Source: a virus. From it: 64,000 bases of DNA. The stretch covers positions 1 through 64,000 of the IMG/VR virus record IMGVR_UViG_3300021962_000040, one strand, 5' to 3'. Below, piece after piece: positions 36,636 through 47,056 of the stretch. Made by a program: the position numbers and the translations under genes. Below the pieces are notes generated by a model. The model ran no database searches. It worked only from the letters and a program-made list of their open reading frames with translations, and was not told the DNA's origin. Each line of letters opens with the position of its first letter. Positions within the stretch are counted from its first letter, which is position 1.

Positions 36636-37127
36636 ATGGACTACACTAAAAGACCTTTAAAAAGAAAATCAGAGTCTGCTTCAGAAGAAGCAATGGAAAA
36701 ACCAATGTTGAAAAGAACAGCATCTGGCAGATCTCCTGAAATGCAGAAAGTAGATACTATGACTGGTAACTTAGTAGAGGAACTTATGAATGCTTCAACT
36801 AGTTTTCATAAGCTTCATTTGAAGGTTACTGGACCTGGATCTTTTGCTGCTCATAAAGCATTGAATGAATTATATGATGCTTTACCGGGATTAGCAGATT
36901 CTATAGCTGAAGGATATCAAGGTGCATGTGAAATGATTTTAAAATGCAGCGGAGAAGGACCAATGTATTTAGAATCTGTTGAAGATGCTGTTGAATACTT
37001 ACGTCAAATGAAAACACAAGTTGATGAATTGCAAGCTGTAATGCATCATACTGAGATTGTAAATTTGTTAGATACAGTCAAAGATGCAATTAACAGTGCA
37101 AAATACAAATTAATTTTCTTGGCATAA
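36636..37127 (+). CDS. ferritin/Dps-like four-helix-bundle protein
   Basis: HKLHL.VTG..SFAAHKALNELYD....LAD.IAE.YQG; KYKL.FL. Confidence 0.7.
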   Translation: MDYTKRPLKRKSESASEEAMEKPMLKRTASGRSPEMQKVDTMTGNLVEELMNASTSFHKLHLKVTGPGSFAAHKALNELYDALPGLADSIAEGYQGACEMILKCSGEGPMYLESVEDAVEYLRQMKTQVDELQAVMHHTEIVNLLDTVKDAINSAKYKLIFLA

Positions 37128-37146
37128 GTTGTAAATTGTAAAACTT

Positions 37147-37178
37147 TTTGTATATTATATATGTGCACGGTGCACATA
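37147..37178 (+). promoter_or_regulatory. putative late promoter (TTTTGTATATTATATAT) with adjacent inverted repeat
   Basis: Motif recurs before several structural genes; IR TATGTGCAC-G-GTGCACATA. Confidence 0.5.
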
Positions 37179-37210
37179 ATATTTATTTGTAAACTTAAAA
37201 CTGAAAAAAA

Positions 37211-38449
37211 ATGGCTTATTTTAATCATGCGTTTGGCAAAGCATTTGTTGTAGATGGTTTTGCTGCTGCAGGAGTCAAGACTTCTGCTTTCACACCTGGT
37301 TTGTTTGAAGTTGTAAACAGCTCATGGGCTTCTGTAGAAGCTTCTGCAGGTAACAACATCACAGCAGGTCAATTATTTTACCTTGTACAAGGTAGCTTTC
37401 AAACTGAAGACAACATTGGTAACAACCCAGGTCACGGGGGTTACAAAGAGTCTGTAAAATCTAAAGGCATTAATGCTAGATTTATCAGCAGATTATGGTC
37501 TTCTGAGTGTCAATCTTCTACAGCTGCAACTGTAAAAATTTGTGTAGGTTCTACTTGTGCTCCTTGTGGATCTAACCTTTTCTTACGTTTAGATGTTAAA
37601 GGTTCTCCTGCTTTACGTTTCTTGAACCACAATGCTTATGCAATTGGTGATAGTTCAGGAAGTGCTTATCAAAACAATGTACCTGGTAACTGCTGTGCAT
37701 TGGATCAAACTTACCTTGACCCTGCTGTTGCTTTAGCTAAAGCTGCTGCTATGTTGTTGGAAGATCCAATCATCAAGCCTTTTGCTAAGGAAAAAACTGG
37801 CGGTGGAATGCAAGTAACTGTAGGTGCTACTACAACTACTTACACTATTGCTCAAGTATTAGGTTTAGCTCCTTCTGGAAACTATACTCCTTCTGTTGAT
37901 CCTGTTGCTGATCAAGTATCTGCTTGTGTATCTTTCCAAGGTGCTTATGTAGACACTAAATTTGGTAGCTGCTCATTTGATACACGTGATCATTATGAGA
38001 AAGAGCCAGTACAATTGATCGGTTCAGTATTGAATGAGACTGGTGATCCTTGTAATGACTGTGGTGTTGTAACTACTACTCCTGGTACCATGCAACAAAC
38101 TTCTGGTGAAACTGTATTGAGAGATGTATTGTTAACTGAGGCTTACAGACAATCTCCTTACAACCAAGGAAATCCTGATTCTGCACGTATCCGTCAAATT
38201 GAAGGATCTGACAAAATCTTGTCTGCTATTGACCGTGAGGCTTTGTACAAAACGTACTACATCCAACATAGCATTCCAAGATTGAACAATCCTTCTGGAA
38301 CGTTTGATAATGATCAATATGTTTATACCATCTATGTTAAGTGTACTGCTACTGCATTGATCACTAAAATGGATACGTTGATGGCTAAAATTGTTCAAGT
38401 GGCTGGTGCTTCTGGTAATCCAATCACTTTTGAATCAAATATTGACTAA
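37211..38449 (+). CDS. abundant virion protein (auxiliary capsid protein-like)
   Basis: MAYFNHAF start, MCP-like codon bias, own promoter and terminator. Confidence 0.6.
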   Translation: MAYFNHAFGKAFVVDGFAAAGVKTSAFTPGLFEVVNSSWASVEASAGNNITAGQLFYLVQGSFQTEDNIGNNPGHGGYKESVKSKGINARFISRLWSSECQSSTAATVKICVGSTCAPCGSNLFLRLDVKGSPALRFLNHNAYAIGDSSGSAYQNNVPGNCCALDQTYLDPAVALAKAAAMLLEDPIIKPFAKEKTGGGMQVTVGATTTTYTIAQVLGLAPSGNYTPSVDPVADQVSACVSFQGAYVDTKFGSCSFDTRDHYEKEPVQLIGSVLNETGDPCNDCGVVTTTPGTMQQTSGETVLRDVLLTEAYRQSPYNQGNPDSARIRQIEGSDKILSAIDREALYKTYYIQHSIPRLNNPSGTFDNDQYVYTIYVKCTATALITKMDTLMAKIVQVAGASGNPITFESNID

Positions 38450-38466
38450 TCACTATAGATCAATAT

Positions 38467-38505
38467 AAAAGAAGGTGGGGTAGAAATATCCCACCTTTCT
38501 TTTTT
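38467..38505 (+). terminator. intrinsic terminator
   Basis: AAGAAGGTGGGGTAGAAATATCCCACCTTTCTTTTTT. Confidence 0.75.
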
Positions 38506-38563
38506 ATCTATATTTTTTTTAGTATATTATGTATATAGAATGCATTAAGTAAACTCAATCCTT

Positions 38564-39118
38564 ATGGCCAGTAAGCATATTTTAAGTCTAGAAGTTCCAA
38601 CTGTATCAAATTGTGAGATTTTATCCATACGGGATACCAGTGAATATTCTGAATTAATTCCTATTGATTGTCCGGAATTGCTCATTACTGTTCCAGGATT
38701 CAATTCATCTGTTATTGTTAAAACAACTCCAGAATTTTTTGTAAATTTAAATGGATGTGATTTGGCATTACAGAAAACAGATTGTAATGAGAGTAGAATT
38801 GGTCTTCCTGATGGTGTATATGTCATCAAGTATAGCGTTGCACCAAATGATAAAGTTTATGTAGAGTACAATCATTTAAGAATTACTAATATCTTAAATG
38901 CTTATTATAAAGTATTGTGTTGCATTGACTTAGAAAATTGTGAACCTTTTAGTGAAAAAAAGGAACTTATTGAAGAAATGCAATACATTAGAACTTTAAT
39001 TGATGGAGCAGTTGCTAAAGTAGAATACTGTAGTAGCCCATCATTAGGTATGGATATGTATAACTATGCATTGAAAAGACTTGACAAAATTCTGTGCAAA
39101 AGTTGCGGATGTAATTAA
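38564..39118 (+). CDS. structural-module protein (tail hub-like), Cys-rich
   Basis: LPDGVY.IKYSV motif; ends CKSCGCN. Confidence 0.6.
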   Translation: MASKHILSLEVPTVSNCEILSIRDTSEYSELIPIDCPELLITVPGFNSSVIVKTTPEFFVNLNGCDLALQKTDCNESRIGLPDGVYVIKYSVAPNDKVYVEYNHLRITNILNAYYKVLCCIDLENCEPFSEKKELIEEMQYIRTLIDGAVAKVEYCSSPSLGMDMYNYALKRLDKILCKSCGCN

Positions 39119-39141
39119 TAATTTTTAAAACCAATAAATAT

Positions 39142-39306
39142 ATGAATTGCAAACAATGTAACAAAGGATTTAGCTGCGGGTGTCAAAAAACAACAGCCCC
39201 AGATGGATCAGTAGTCCACAAAACTTGTTTAACGGATTACATTAACAGTAAAAAATTAAATAACACAAGTACACCAACAGTACAACCTACTATAAATACA
39301 AACTAA
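39142..39306 (+). CDS. 54-aa Cys-rich micro-protein
   Basis: Manual translation MNCKQCNKGFSCGCQKTTAPDGSVVHKTCL...; AAAACCAATAAA leader. Confidence 0.65.
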   Translation: MNCKQCNKGFSCGCQKTTAPDGSVVHKTCLTDYINSKKLNNTSTPTVQPTINTN

Positions 39307-39313
39307 GTACATA

Positions 39314-39880
39314 ATGATGTTTGAACTTGTTAAAAAGATAGAAGTAGAGCAAAAGTTTGCTGAAGCTGTTTATAGAGATTTCCGTTCTAAAAGATATGGA
39401 ATAGCTTCATGTTGTTATATAGATCTTGAAAAACTTAAGATTAAAAAACAACTATGTGATTGGCAAGATCACTCTGCTTGTGAAACAAGTTGTTCAGCAG
39501 GTTGTACAGCAGCTCCTGTAGTAAGTGTAGGTTTAATGGGTACTACTGTTTATACACCACCAACCGCATCATGTGATACAGGTCATGGTTCATGTCCTCA
39601 AGTTACTGTATGTCCTGACAACAGTGTATTAGAAAACATTCTTAAACAGTTACAATTAATTCAAAGTGAGATTATAAATCAAAAGCCTGATTCATTTGTA
39701 TATCACCAATCAACTCCAGCTACTGTTTGGCATATTGTTCACAATCTTGAAAAATATCCAAACTTAAATGTTGAAGATCTTGCGGGTGATGATATAGTAG
39801 GTCAAGTGAGTTATATTAATTTAAATGAATTAGAAATAACTTTTATAATCCCTGTAGAAGGAACAGCATATTTATCTTAA
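39314..39880 (+). CDS. Cys-rich structural protein with C-terminal fibre-type HNL domain
   Basis: RYGIASCC; FVYHQSTPATVWHIVHNLEKYP. Confidence 0.65.
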   Translation: MMFELVKKIEVEQKFAEAVYRDFRSKRYGIASCCYIDLEKLKIKKQLCDWQDHSACETSCSAGCTAAPVVSVGLMGTTVYTPPTASCDTGHGSCPQVTVCPDNSVLENILKQLQLIQSEIINQKPDSFVYHQSTPATVWHIVHNLEKYPNLNVEDLAGDDIVGQVSYINLNELEITFIIPVEGTAYLS

Positions 39881-39910
39881 AACAAAAAATAACAATTAAA
39901 ACAATCAATT

Positions 39911-42139
39911 ATGGCAATTAAGTATTTATCCGATTTAGTCACCTATGCAATTGACATGCAGAAAAAAGTGCTGTCAAATGCCGTGATTCATCCAACGGGT
40001 ACAGCTCCAAGTGCTCCGGTTACTGGTCAAGTATATTTTGATACAGCAACAAGTGAGTTAAAAGTTTGGAATGGTACAATTTGGGTTTCAGCTTCTGGTG
40101 ACATTACAGCAGTAACTGCTGGCACTGGTTTAACTGGTGGTGGTTCATCAGGTGCTGTTACATTAAGTGTAGCAACTGGTGGTATTACAACTTCTCTGAT
40201 TGCAGATAGCAACGTAACACTTGCTAAAATTGCAAACATTGGTGCAAGCACAATCCTTGGTAACAACACAGGATCTGCTGCAGCTCCTATTGCACTGACA
40301 AGTGCTCAAGTGCAAACTATGTTAGGTTACATCACAGGTAACCAGACTATTACATTAAGTGGTGATGCTACTGGTAGTGGAAGCACGGCTATTACAGTTA
40401 CCCTTGCAAACTCAGGTGTTACAGCTGGTACATACAGATCTGTAACTGTAGATGCAAAAGGTAGAGTGACTGCTGGTACTAACCCAACTACAATTGCAGG
40501 TTATGGCATTACTGACTTCTACGCTCAAGTAATTTCTGGCTTTGTTACTGGTGCAAACTCAACAGTATTAAGTACAGATACACTTGAAGTAGCAATTGAA
40601 AAACTACAAGGTCAAGTTAATGCTAGACTTACAGGTAACCAAACCATCACTCTTTCCGGTGATGTAACTGGTTCTGGTGCTACAGCAATTACTGCAACCT
40701 TAGCAAACTCCGGTGTAACTGCAGGAACTTATAATAGTTCAGCAACAACTAATACTCCTCTTACAGTTGATGCAAAAGGTAGAATTACTGCTACTGGTAC
40801 CGAAGTAACAATTACTCCAGCATGGTCTAGCATTACAAGTAAGCCTACAACTCTTTCTGGTTTTGGTATTACAGATGCTGTAAACAAAGGTGGAGATACA
40901 ATGACAGGTCTACTTATTCTAAGCGGAGATCCTGTTGCAAACTTAGGTGCAGCTACTAAACAATATGTTGATAGCGTTGCTCAAGGTTTAGATCCTAAAG
41001 CTTCTGTTAAAGCTGCAACTACCGCAAATATTACTTTATCAGGTCCTCAAACAATTGATGCTGTTGCTCTTGTAGCTGGTGATAGAGTTCTTGTTAAAAA
41101 TCAAACTACTCAAGCTGACAATGGTATTTATATTGTACAAGCTGCTGGTTGGACACGTTCAGCTGATATGGATGCTTGGACTGAAGTTCCAGGTGCATTC
41201 TGTTTTGTTGAGCAAGGCACTGTTAACGGTGATACTGGTTGGGTTTGTACAAGTAATCAAGGTGGTACTTTAGGTTCAACTGCAATTACTTTTGTACAGT
41301 TTACTGGTGCTGGTACTTATACCGCAGGTACAGGTCTTACTTTAACAGGTACTCAATTTAGCATTGCTAATACTGGTGTTACTGCTGCTTCTTATGGTAG
41401 TGCAAGTGCTGTATCAACATTTACAGTAAATGCTCAAGGTCAGTTGACTGCTGCTAGTTCAACATCTATTCAAATTGCTCAATCACAAGTTACTAACTTA
41501 ACTACAGATTTAGGAAACAAGCAACCTTTAGATGCTACTCTTACCGCATTGGCTGCTTATAATACTAATGGGTTCCTTGTACAAACTGCTGCTGATACAT
41601 TTGCTGGTAGAACATTAACTGCTGGTGCTGGTATTATTATTAGTAATGGTAGTGGTGTAGCTGGTAACCCAACAATTAGTATTGCTTCAACTGGTGTTAC
41701 AAATGGTTCTTATGGTTCTGCTACTCAGGTTGCTACATTTACTGTAGATGGAGATGGTAGATTAAGTGCTGCTGCTAACGTTGCTATTCAAACTGCTAGT
41801 ACAACTGCAGCTGGTCTTGTTGAACTTGCAACCAGTGCTGAAACAATAGCAGGTGCAAGTACCACATTGGCTGTAACTCCTGCAGGATTGGCCGCAACTA
41901 TTCCTGGTGTAATTGCTGCTGATAAATTTAGAGCAGATATTGGTGATGGTTCTAGCACTATAATTCCAGTTGCTCACAACCTTAATGCTCTTTATATCAT
42001 GGTACAAACTTGGGAAACTTCTACGGGTGCTCAAGTTTATGTGGATACTACAATTGTAGATCCTAATAATATTGTACTTAGATTTGCAGCTCCTCCAGCA
42101 CCAAATGATATTAAAGTAAATATTATTAGGATTGGATAA
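39911..42139 (+). CDS. tail fibre protein
   Basis: G/T/A/S-rich; repeated LANSGVTAGTY..VTVDAKGR; GLDPKASVKAATTANITLSG...GDRVLVKNQT; GLVELAT. Confidence 0.8.
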   Translation: MAIKYLSDLVTYAIDMQKKVLSNAVIHPTGTAPSAPVTGQVYFDTATSELKVWNGTIWVSASGDITAVTAGTGLTGGGSSGAVTLSVATGGITTSLIADSNVTLAKIANIGASTILGNNTGSAAAPIALTSAQVQTMLGYITGNQTITLSGDATGSGSTAITVTLANSGVTAGTYRSVTVDAKGRVTAGTNPTTIAGYGITDFYAQVISGFVTGANSTVLSTDTLEVAIEKLQGQVNARLTGNQTITLSGDVTGSGATAITATLANSGVTAGTYNSSATTNTPLTVDAKGRITATGTEVTITPAWSSITSKPTTLSGFGITDAVNKGGDTMTGLLILSGDPVANLGAATKQYVDSVAQGLDPKASVKAATTANITLSGPQTIDAVALVAGDRVLVKNQTTQADNGIYIVQAAGWTRSADMDAWTEVPGAFCFVEQGTVNGDTGWVCTSNQGGTLGSTAITFVQFTGAGTYTAGTGLTLTGTQFSIANTGVTAASYGSASAVSTFTVNAQGQLTAASSTSIQIAQSQVTNLTTDLGNKQPLDATLTALAAYNTNGFLVQTAADTFAGRTLTAGAGIIISNGSGVAGNPTISIASTGVTNGSYGSATQVATFTVDGDGRLSAAANVAIQTASTTAAGLVELATSAETIAGASTTLAVTPAGLAATIPGVIAADKFRADIGDGSSTIIPVAHNLNALYIMVQTWETSTGAQVYVDTTIVDPNNIVLRFAAPPAPNDIKVNIIRIG

Positions 42140-42172
42140 ATCAGTAAATTTGTAATTATATAGAAATCAACT

Positions 42173-45100
42173 ATGGCTATTAAATTATTATCTTCTACCA
42201 AAATAGGCAACTTCACTTTACCCCATACAGATGGGGTAAGTGGACAAGCCTTAGTTACTGACGGTAATGGAAATATATCTTTTGCTCACACAGGAGGTAT
42301 GTCCGGTTTGTCTTTTTCAAATGGTGTTTTAACTGCCACCACAGCATCCGGTAACATTACTGTCAATTTGGATGGAAGATATGCTTTAAGCAGTCATACA
42401 CATGCCTATGATAATTATCAGTCTTGGAATCTAAAAACAAATGGGGTTCAAAGGACAACCGTACAGTCTGGGGGTACATTAGATCTTGTAGCGGGATCTA
42501 ATGTTACTCTCAGCTACGGAGCTGGTGGTGTGGTAACAATTGCTGCTGGATCATCATCTGGAACAGTGACTTCTGTTTCTGGTACAGGAACTGTTTCTGG
42601 TTTAACTTTATCAGGTACTGTAACATCATCTGGTTCATTAACTCTTGGAGGTACTTTAACTTTAACAAGTGCACAGGTTACTTCAGCATTAGGATTTACA
42701 CCATACAATTCAACTAACCCTAGTGGTTACATTACAAGTAGTGGTTCTATTTCAGGAAATGCTGCAACTGCAAATACATTACAAACAGCTAGAACTATAA
42801 CTATTGGCAGTACTGGCAAAACATTTAATGGTTCTGCAAACGTTTCTTGGACATTAGCTGAAATAGGAGCTCAGGCATCTGGTTCATATGCTGCATCTGT
42901 TCACACGCATGATGACAGATATTATACAGAAACAGAGTCAGATGGTAGGTTTATTAGAAAGAATACCTGGGAAGGTAGTGCATATGTAGGCACAGGTGGT
43001 GATTTTTATGGTACTATATTTTATGATAGTAATAATAGTGGTTACTATATGGATCCTGCAAGTACATCTAATTTAAATGGTGTATCTGCTAGACAATACT
43101 ATCAATCATTACACGGTGAGCCTAGAAATAACCTTGGTGATCCTACAGTCACTGATATGGCTTTATTTGATGCACAGTTTAATAACAAAACTGAATTTTA
43201 TCCAGCATCAAAAGTAAAGTTTTTTACATCTAGTGATGGTACAAACTTTACAGAATATACAGGATTTTCTGATGTACAAAAGCAGAAATTTATGGGAGGT
43301 GATGAAGACTCTGGTGTCTTTATTCCTAACCTTACAAATAGATTTAGAATTGAATTAGATGCATCAGGTTATGTATTTGTAAGCATGCTTTACATGTACT
43401 GGTCATCAAACTCACATTCTACAAAGATGCATATATGGGCACGTAGATGTGATAATCAACAATGGTATCAGATTACATCTAGTGACACATATATTAGCTC
43501 ATGGCCCGGTCATGCAACATTACCTTTTCCAAGTATTGCTTGGTTAGAAGGTAATACTACATCTTCCGGTCATCATGATAAAATTAGAATTGAATTCATT
43601 CCTTCTTGGAGTGGACATGCTACATATGGAGGTAATGTAATTTCTCTAAATAGATTGCAGATGTGGGGTGGTTACCCTGCTGGTAAAAGAAATGTATTTA
43701 CTACTTACTATGATAGAAGTATTGCATATCCAGGAACTGTATCAGCACCTACATTTAGTGGAGCATTATCAGGTAATGCAAGTACAGCTACATCAGCAGC
43801 AACTTGGACAATAGGACGTACAATAACTATTGGAAATACTGGTAAAACAGTTAACGGTTCAGGTGATGTAAGTTGGACTTTAGCAGAGATTGGTGCACAA
43901 GCTGCAGGATCTTATGCAGCAGCTAGCCATACTCATGATGATAGATACTACACTGAAACAGAAACTAATAATTTCTTTAGTGGTACAACAGCTATATCAG
44001 GTTACAATAAAGGAAACTGGGATACAGCTTTTGGATGGGGTAATCACGCTTCTGCTGGTTATTTAACATCAGCAAGTCTTTCAGGATATGCTACTCAAAC
44101 TTATGTAAATACAGCTGTTGCAAATGTTATTAACTCTGCACCGGCTGCTTTAGATACTTTAAATGAATTAGCTGCAGCTTTAGGCAATGATGCTAGTTTT
44201 TCTACAACAGTAAGTACATCTCTTGGTAATAGACTTAGAGTTGATACTGCATCACAAGGATTAACAGGAACTCAGCAATCAAATGCAAGAACTAATCTTG
44301 GATTAGGTACAGCAGCAACTTCAAATACTGGAGATTTTGCTACATCTGGTCATAGTCACTCTAATGCTACAACTGGAGCTGCTGGATTTATGTCTGCAGC
44401 TGACAAGAGTAAATTAGATGGAATTGCTTCAGGTGCTACAGCTAATTCTGGTACAGTAACTAGTGTATCTGGAACAGGTAGTTATGGAGGTTTGACTTTA
44501 AGTGGTACAGTAACTAGTTCAGGTTCTTTAACATTAGGCGGAACACCTAGCGGGACTTGGCCAATTTCTGTTTCAGGTAATGCAGCTACAGCAACTTCTG
44601 CAACATCAGCAAGTTTAATGAGTTCTTCAGGAGCTTTAACAACACAACATGGTGATGGTAGAATTGGATATACATATGCACTTACAAATCCTCAAACAGG
44701 ATTATTTGCGGCAACAGATAATGCTAATGCAATTCTCACTGTAAACAGACATCCTGGAGATTACTATAGTCAATTAGGTTTTAGTTCTAATGGTAATCTT
44801 TATTATAGAAACTTTGTAAACACAGCAATTAATACATCTCAAGGATGGCAAACTATATGGACAAGTAGTAGTTTGACTAACTTGAATCAGCTTTCTAATG
44901 GTCCAGGTTATACATCAAATACAGGTACAGTTACAAGTGTATCAGGTACAGGAACTGTAAGTGGATTAACACTTTCAGGAACGGTAACAACTTCTGGTAA
45001 TTTAACATTAGGTGGTACACTTACATTAACAAGTGCTCAAGTTACAACAGCTCTTGGGTTTACTCCTTATAACTCTACTAATCCAAATGGATATATAACT

Positions 45101-47056
45101 TCAAGTGGATCTATTAGTGGTAATGCTGCTACAGCAACTTATGCAACAAGTGCAGGTACTGCAGATCAAATTGATAGTGTAGGATTTAGAAATACAGGTA
45201 GTAATGCTCCTGTTAATGCGGACACATTAGACAGTAATGGTATTACTTATTACACTGGCGGTGTAACAAACTTTTCTGGAAATGCTTCAGATGGAGCTTT
45301 ATATTCTCAAGTTTATAGTTCATCTTGGCAGCATCAAATAGCAGGTGATTACCGTTCTGGTATGATTGCTGTTAGAGGTAAAAATAATGGTAGTTGGACA
45401 GGTTGGAGAACAATTATTGATTCTTCTACTATTGGTTCACAATCTGTAAACTATGCTACAACAGCAGGATCCGCAAACTCTGTAGCATGGGGTAATGTCA
45501 GTGGTAGACCTACTGCAGTTAGTTCATTTACAAATGACTCAGGTTATATTACATCTGGTAGTTCAATTAGTGGTTCTTCTAGATTATTAGCTCATGTTGA
45601 TGGTCCAAGAGATCTATCTGACCGTAGACCAAATTGGAATGCTAGAACTGCAACATTTGATTTTGTTGGAGCTGGTACTGGAAATGGCTCAGGCAATTAT
45701 GCTGGAATATTAACATTTGTTCCATGGGATGGTACATCTGCAAGTACAGGTGATTCATCTTATCAATTGTCTTTTGCAAACCAAAGTGGTGTTAATGCAT
45801 CAGGTCCTGCACGTCTTAGTATAAGAAATGGTATAAATTCAACATGGAACTCTTGGCAAGAAATTTTAACTTCCAGCAATTATAATAGTTATTCTCCAAC
45901 ATTAACTGGTGGCAATGCTAGTGGAACATGGGGTATTAGTATTAGTGGTAATGCTGCAAGTGCAAGTTCAGTAGCATGGGGTAATGTTTCAGGAAAACCA
46001 AGTGTTGCTACACATAGAGGTGAAGGAAGTAATTATATTGACTATGCACGTTATGTTTATAATAACGGTGCTTATTCTGGATCAGGTTGGATTGAACCTT
46101 CTGATCTTGGTGTAAGATATGCGGCTAGTTCAAACTATGCTACATCTTCTGGAAGTTGTACTGGTAGAGCAGAACTTTTAAACGGTTGGGGTGGGTGTTA
46201 TAATAATAGTCATCCTGGATATGGTTTAAGAGCTTGGTATGATTGGTCTAACTGTGAAGGTTATAAGAATGGTATTACAATAGGTTCAAATCCTGGTGAC
46301 ACAGCATATGGTTTTATGCTTTGGCAAAACATGTGGGATGATAGAACTTATACTAAGAGGTGGAATGGTGGATGGCAAAGTGTTAGAACTTTGATGAATC
46401 ATCAAGATGATCCTTATGCTGCAAATATGAATCAGTATGTAAGGACATCAGATTCTCCAACATTTGCTCAAGTATATTCAAATGGTTGGTTTAGAAACTA
46501 TGGCCGTCAAGGTATGTATAACCAAGATTATGGTAACCATTTTTATGCTCATTCAGATGCGTATTGGACTGTGGCTGGTAATAACGGTTCTGCTGCAGGA
46601 ATTATGTTTAGAACCGGTGGACATGAAGGTGTCTTAAGAGGCTATGTTTATGTTGATTCTTCTAATAATATTGGTTTCTTAAACTCTGGTGGTTCTTGGT
46701 CATTGCGTTGTGATAACTCAGGTAATGTTGTTGCTACTGGTGATGTTACTGCTTATTCTGATGCACGTATAAAGACTGAGGTCAAGACTGTAGAGGATGC
46801 ATTAGATAAAGTATTAGCACTACGTGGTGTAACATATAAGAGAACGGATATTGAAGATAAGTCTACTAAGTTGGGTGTAATTGCTCAAGAAGTAAAAGAA
46901 GTTCTTCCAGAGGTTGTTTCTGAAAATGAAGACGGAATGCTTACTGTATCTTATGGTAATATGGTGGGTGTACTTATTGAAGCAATGAAAGAACAGCAAT
47001 CAATGATTGAAACACTTGAAGCTAAAATTGAATTGTTAACTAGATACTTAAAGTAA
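42173..47056 (+). CDS. long tail fibre with C-terminal peptidase S74 intramolecular chaperone
   Basis: HTHDDRYYTE repeats, APAALDTLNELAAALG, AYSDARIK...GVIAQEV...YGNMVGVLIEAMKE. Confidence 0.88.
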   Translation: MAIKLLSSTKIGNFTLPHTDGVSGQALVTDGNGNISFAHTGGMSGLSFSNGVLTATTASGNITVNLDGRYALSSHTHAYDNYQSWNLKTNGVQRTTVQSGGTLDLVAGSNVTLSYGAGGVVTIAAGSSSGTVTSVSGTGTVSGLTLSGTVTSSGSLTLGGTLTLTSAQVTSALGFTPYNSTNPSGYITSSGSISGNAATANTLQTARTITIGSTGKTFNGSANVSWTLAEIGAQASGSYAASVHTHDDRYYTETESDGRFIRKNTWEGSAYVGTGGDFYGTIFYDSNNSGYYMDPASTSNLNGVSARQYYQSLHGEPRNNLGDPTVTDMALFDAQFNNKTEFYPASKVKFFTSSDGTNFTEYTGFSDVQKQKFMGGDEDSGVFIPNLTNRFRIELDASGYVFVSMLYMYWSSNSHSTKMHIWARRCDNQQWYQITSSDTYISSWPGHATLPFPSIAWLEGNTTSSGHHDKIRIEFIPSWSGHATYGGNVISLNRLQMWGGYPAGKRNVFTTYYDRSIAYPGTVSAPTFSGALSGNASTATSAATWTIGRTITIGNTGKTVNGSGDVSWTLAEIGAQAAGSYAAASHTHDDRYYTETETNNFFSGTTAISGYNKGNWDTAFGWGNHASAGYLTSASLSGYATQTYVNTAVANVINSAPAALDTLNELAAALGNDASFSTTVSTSLGNRLRVDTASQGLTGTQQSNARTNLGLGTAATSNTGDFATSGHSHSNATTGAAGFMSAADKSKLDGIASGATANSGTVTSVSGTGSYGGLTLSGTVTSSGSLTLGGTPSGTWPISVSGNAATATSATSASLMSSSGALTTQHGDGRIGYTYALTNPQTGLFAATDNANAILTVNRHPGDYYSQLGFSSNGNLYYRNFVNTAINTSQGWQTIWTSSSLTNLNQLSNGPGYTSNTGTVTSVSGTGTVSGLTLSGTVTTSGNLTLGGTLTLTSAQVTTALGFTPYNSTNPNGYITSSGSISGNAATATYATSAGTADQIDSVGFRNTGSNAPVNADTLDSNGITYYTGGVTNFSGNASDGALYSQVYSSSWQHQIAGDYRSGMIAVRGKNNGSWTGWRTIIDSSTIGSQSVNYATTAGSANSVAWGNVSGRPTAVSSFTNDSGYITSGSSISGSSRLLAHVDGPRDLSDRRPNWNARTATFDFVGAGTGNGSGNYAGILTFVPWDGTSASTGDSSYQLSFANQSGVNASGPARLSIRNGINSTWNSWQEILTSSNYNSYSPTLTGGNASGTWGISISGNAASASSVAWGNVSGKPSVATHRGEGSNYIDYARYVYNNGAYSGSGWIEPSDLGVRYAASSNYATSSGSCTGRAELLNGWGGCYNNSHPGYGLRAWYDWSNCEGYKNGITIGSNPGDTAYGFMLWQNMWDDRTYTKRWNGGWQSVRTLMNHQDDPYAANMNQYVRTSDSPTFAQVYSNGWFRNYGRQGMYNQDYGNHFYAHSDAYWTVAGNNGSAAGIMFRTGGHEGVLRGYVYVDSSNNIGFLNSGGSWSLRCDNSGNVVATGDVTAYSDARIKTEVKTVEDALDKVLALRGVTYKRTDIEDKSTKLGVIAQEVKEVLPEVVSENEDGMLTVSYGNMVGVLIEAMKEQQSMIETLEAKIELLTRYLK

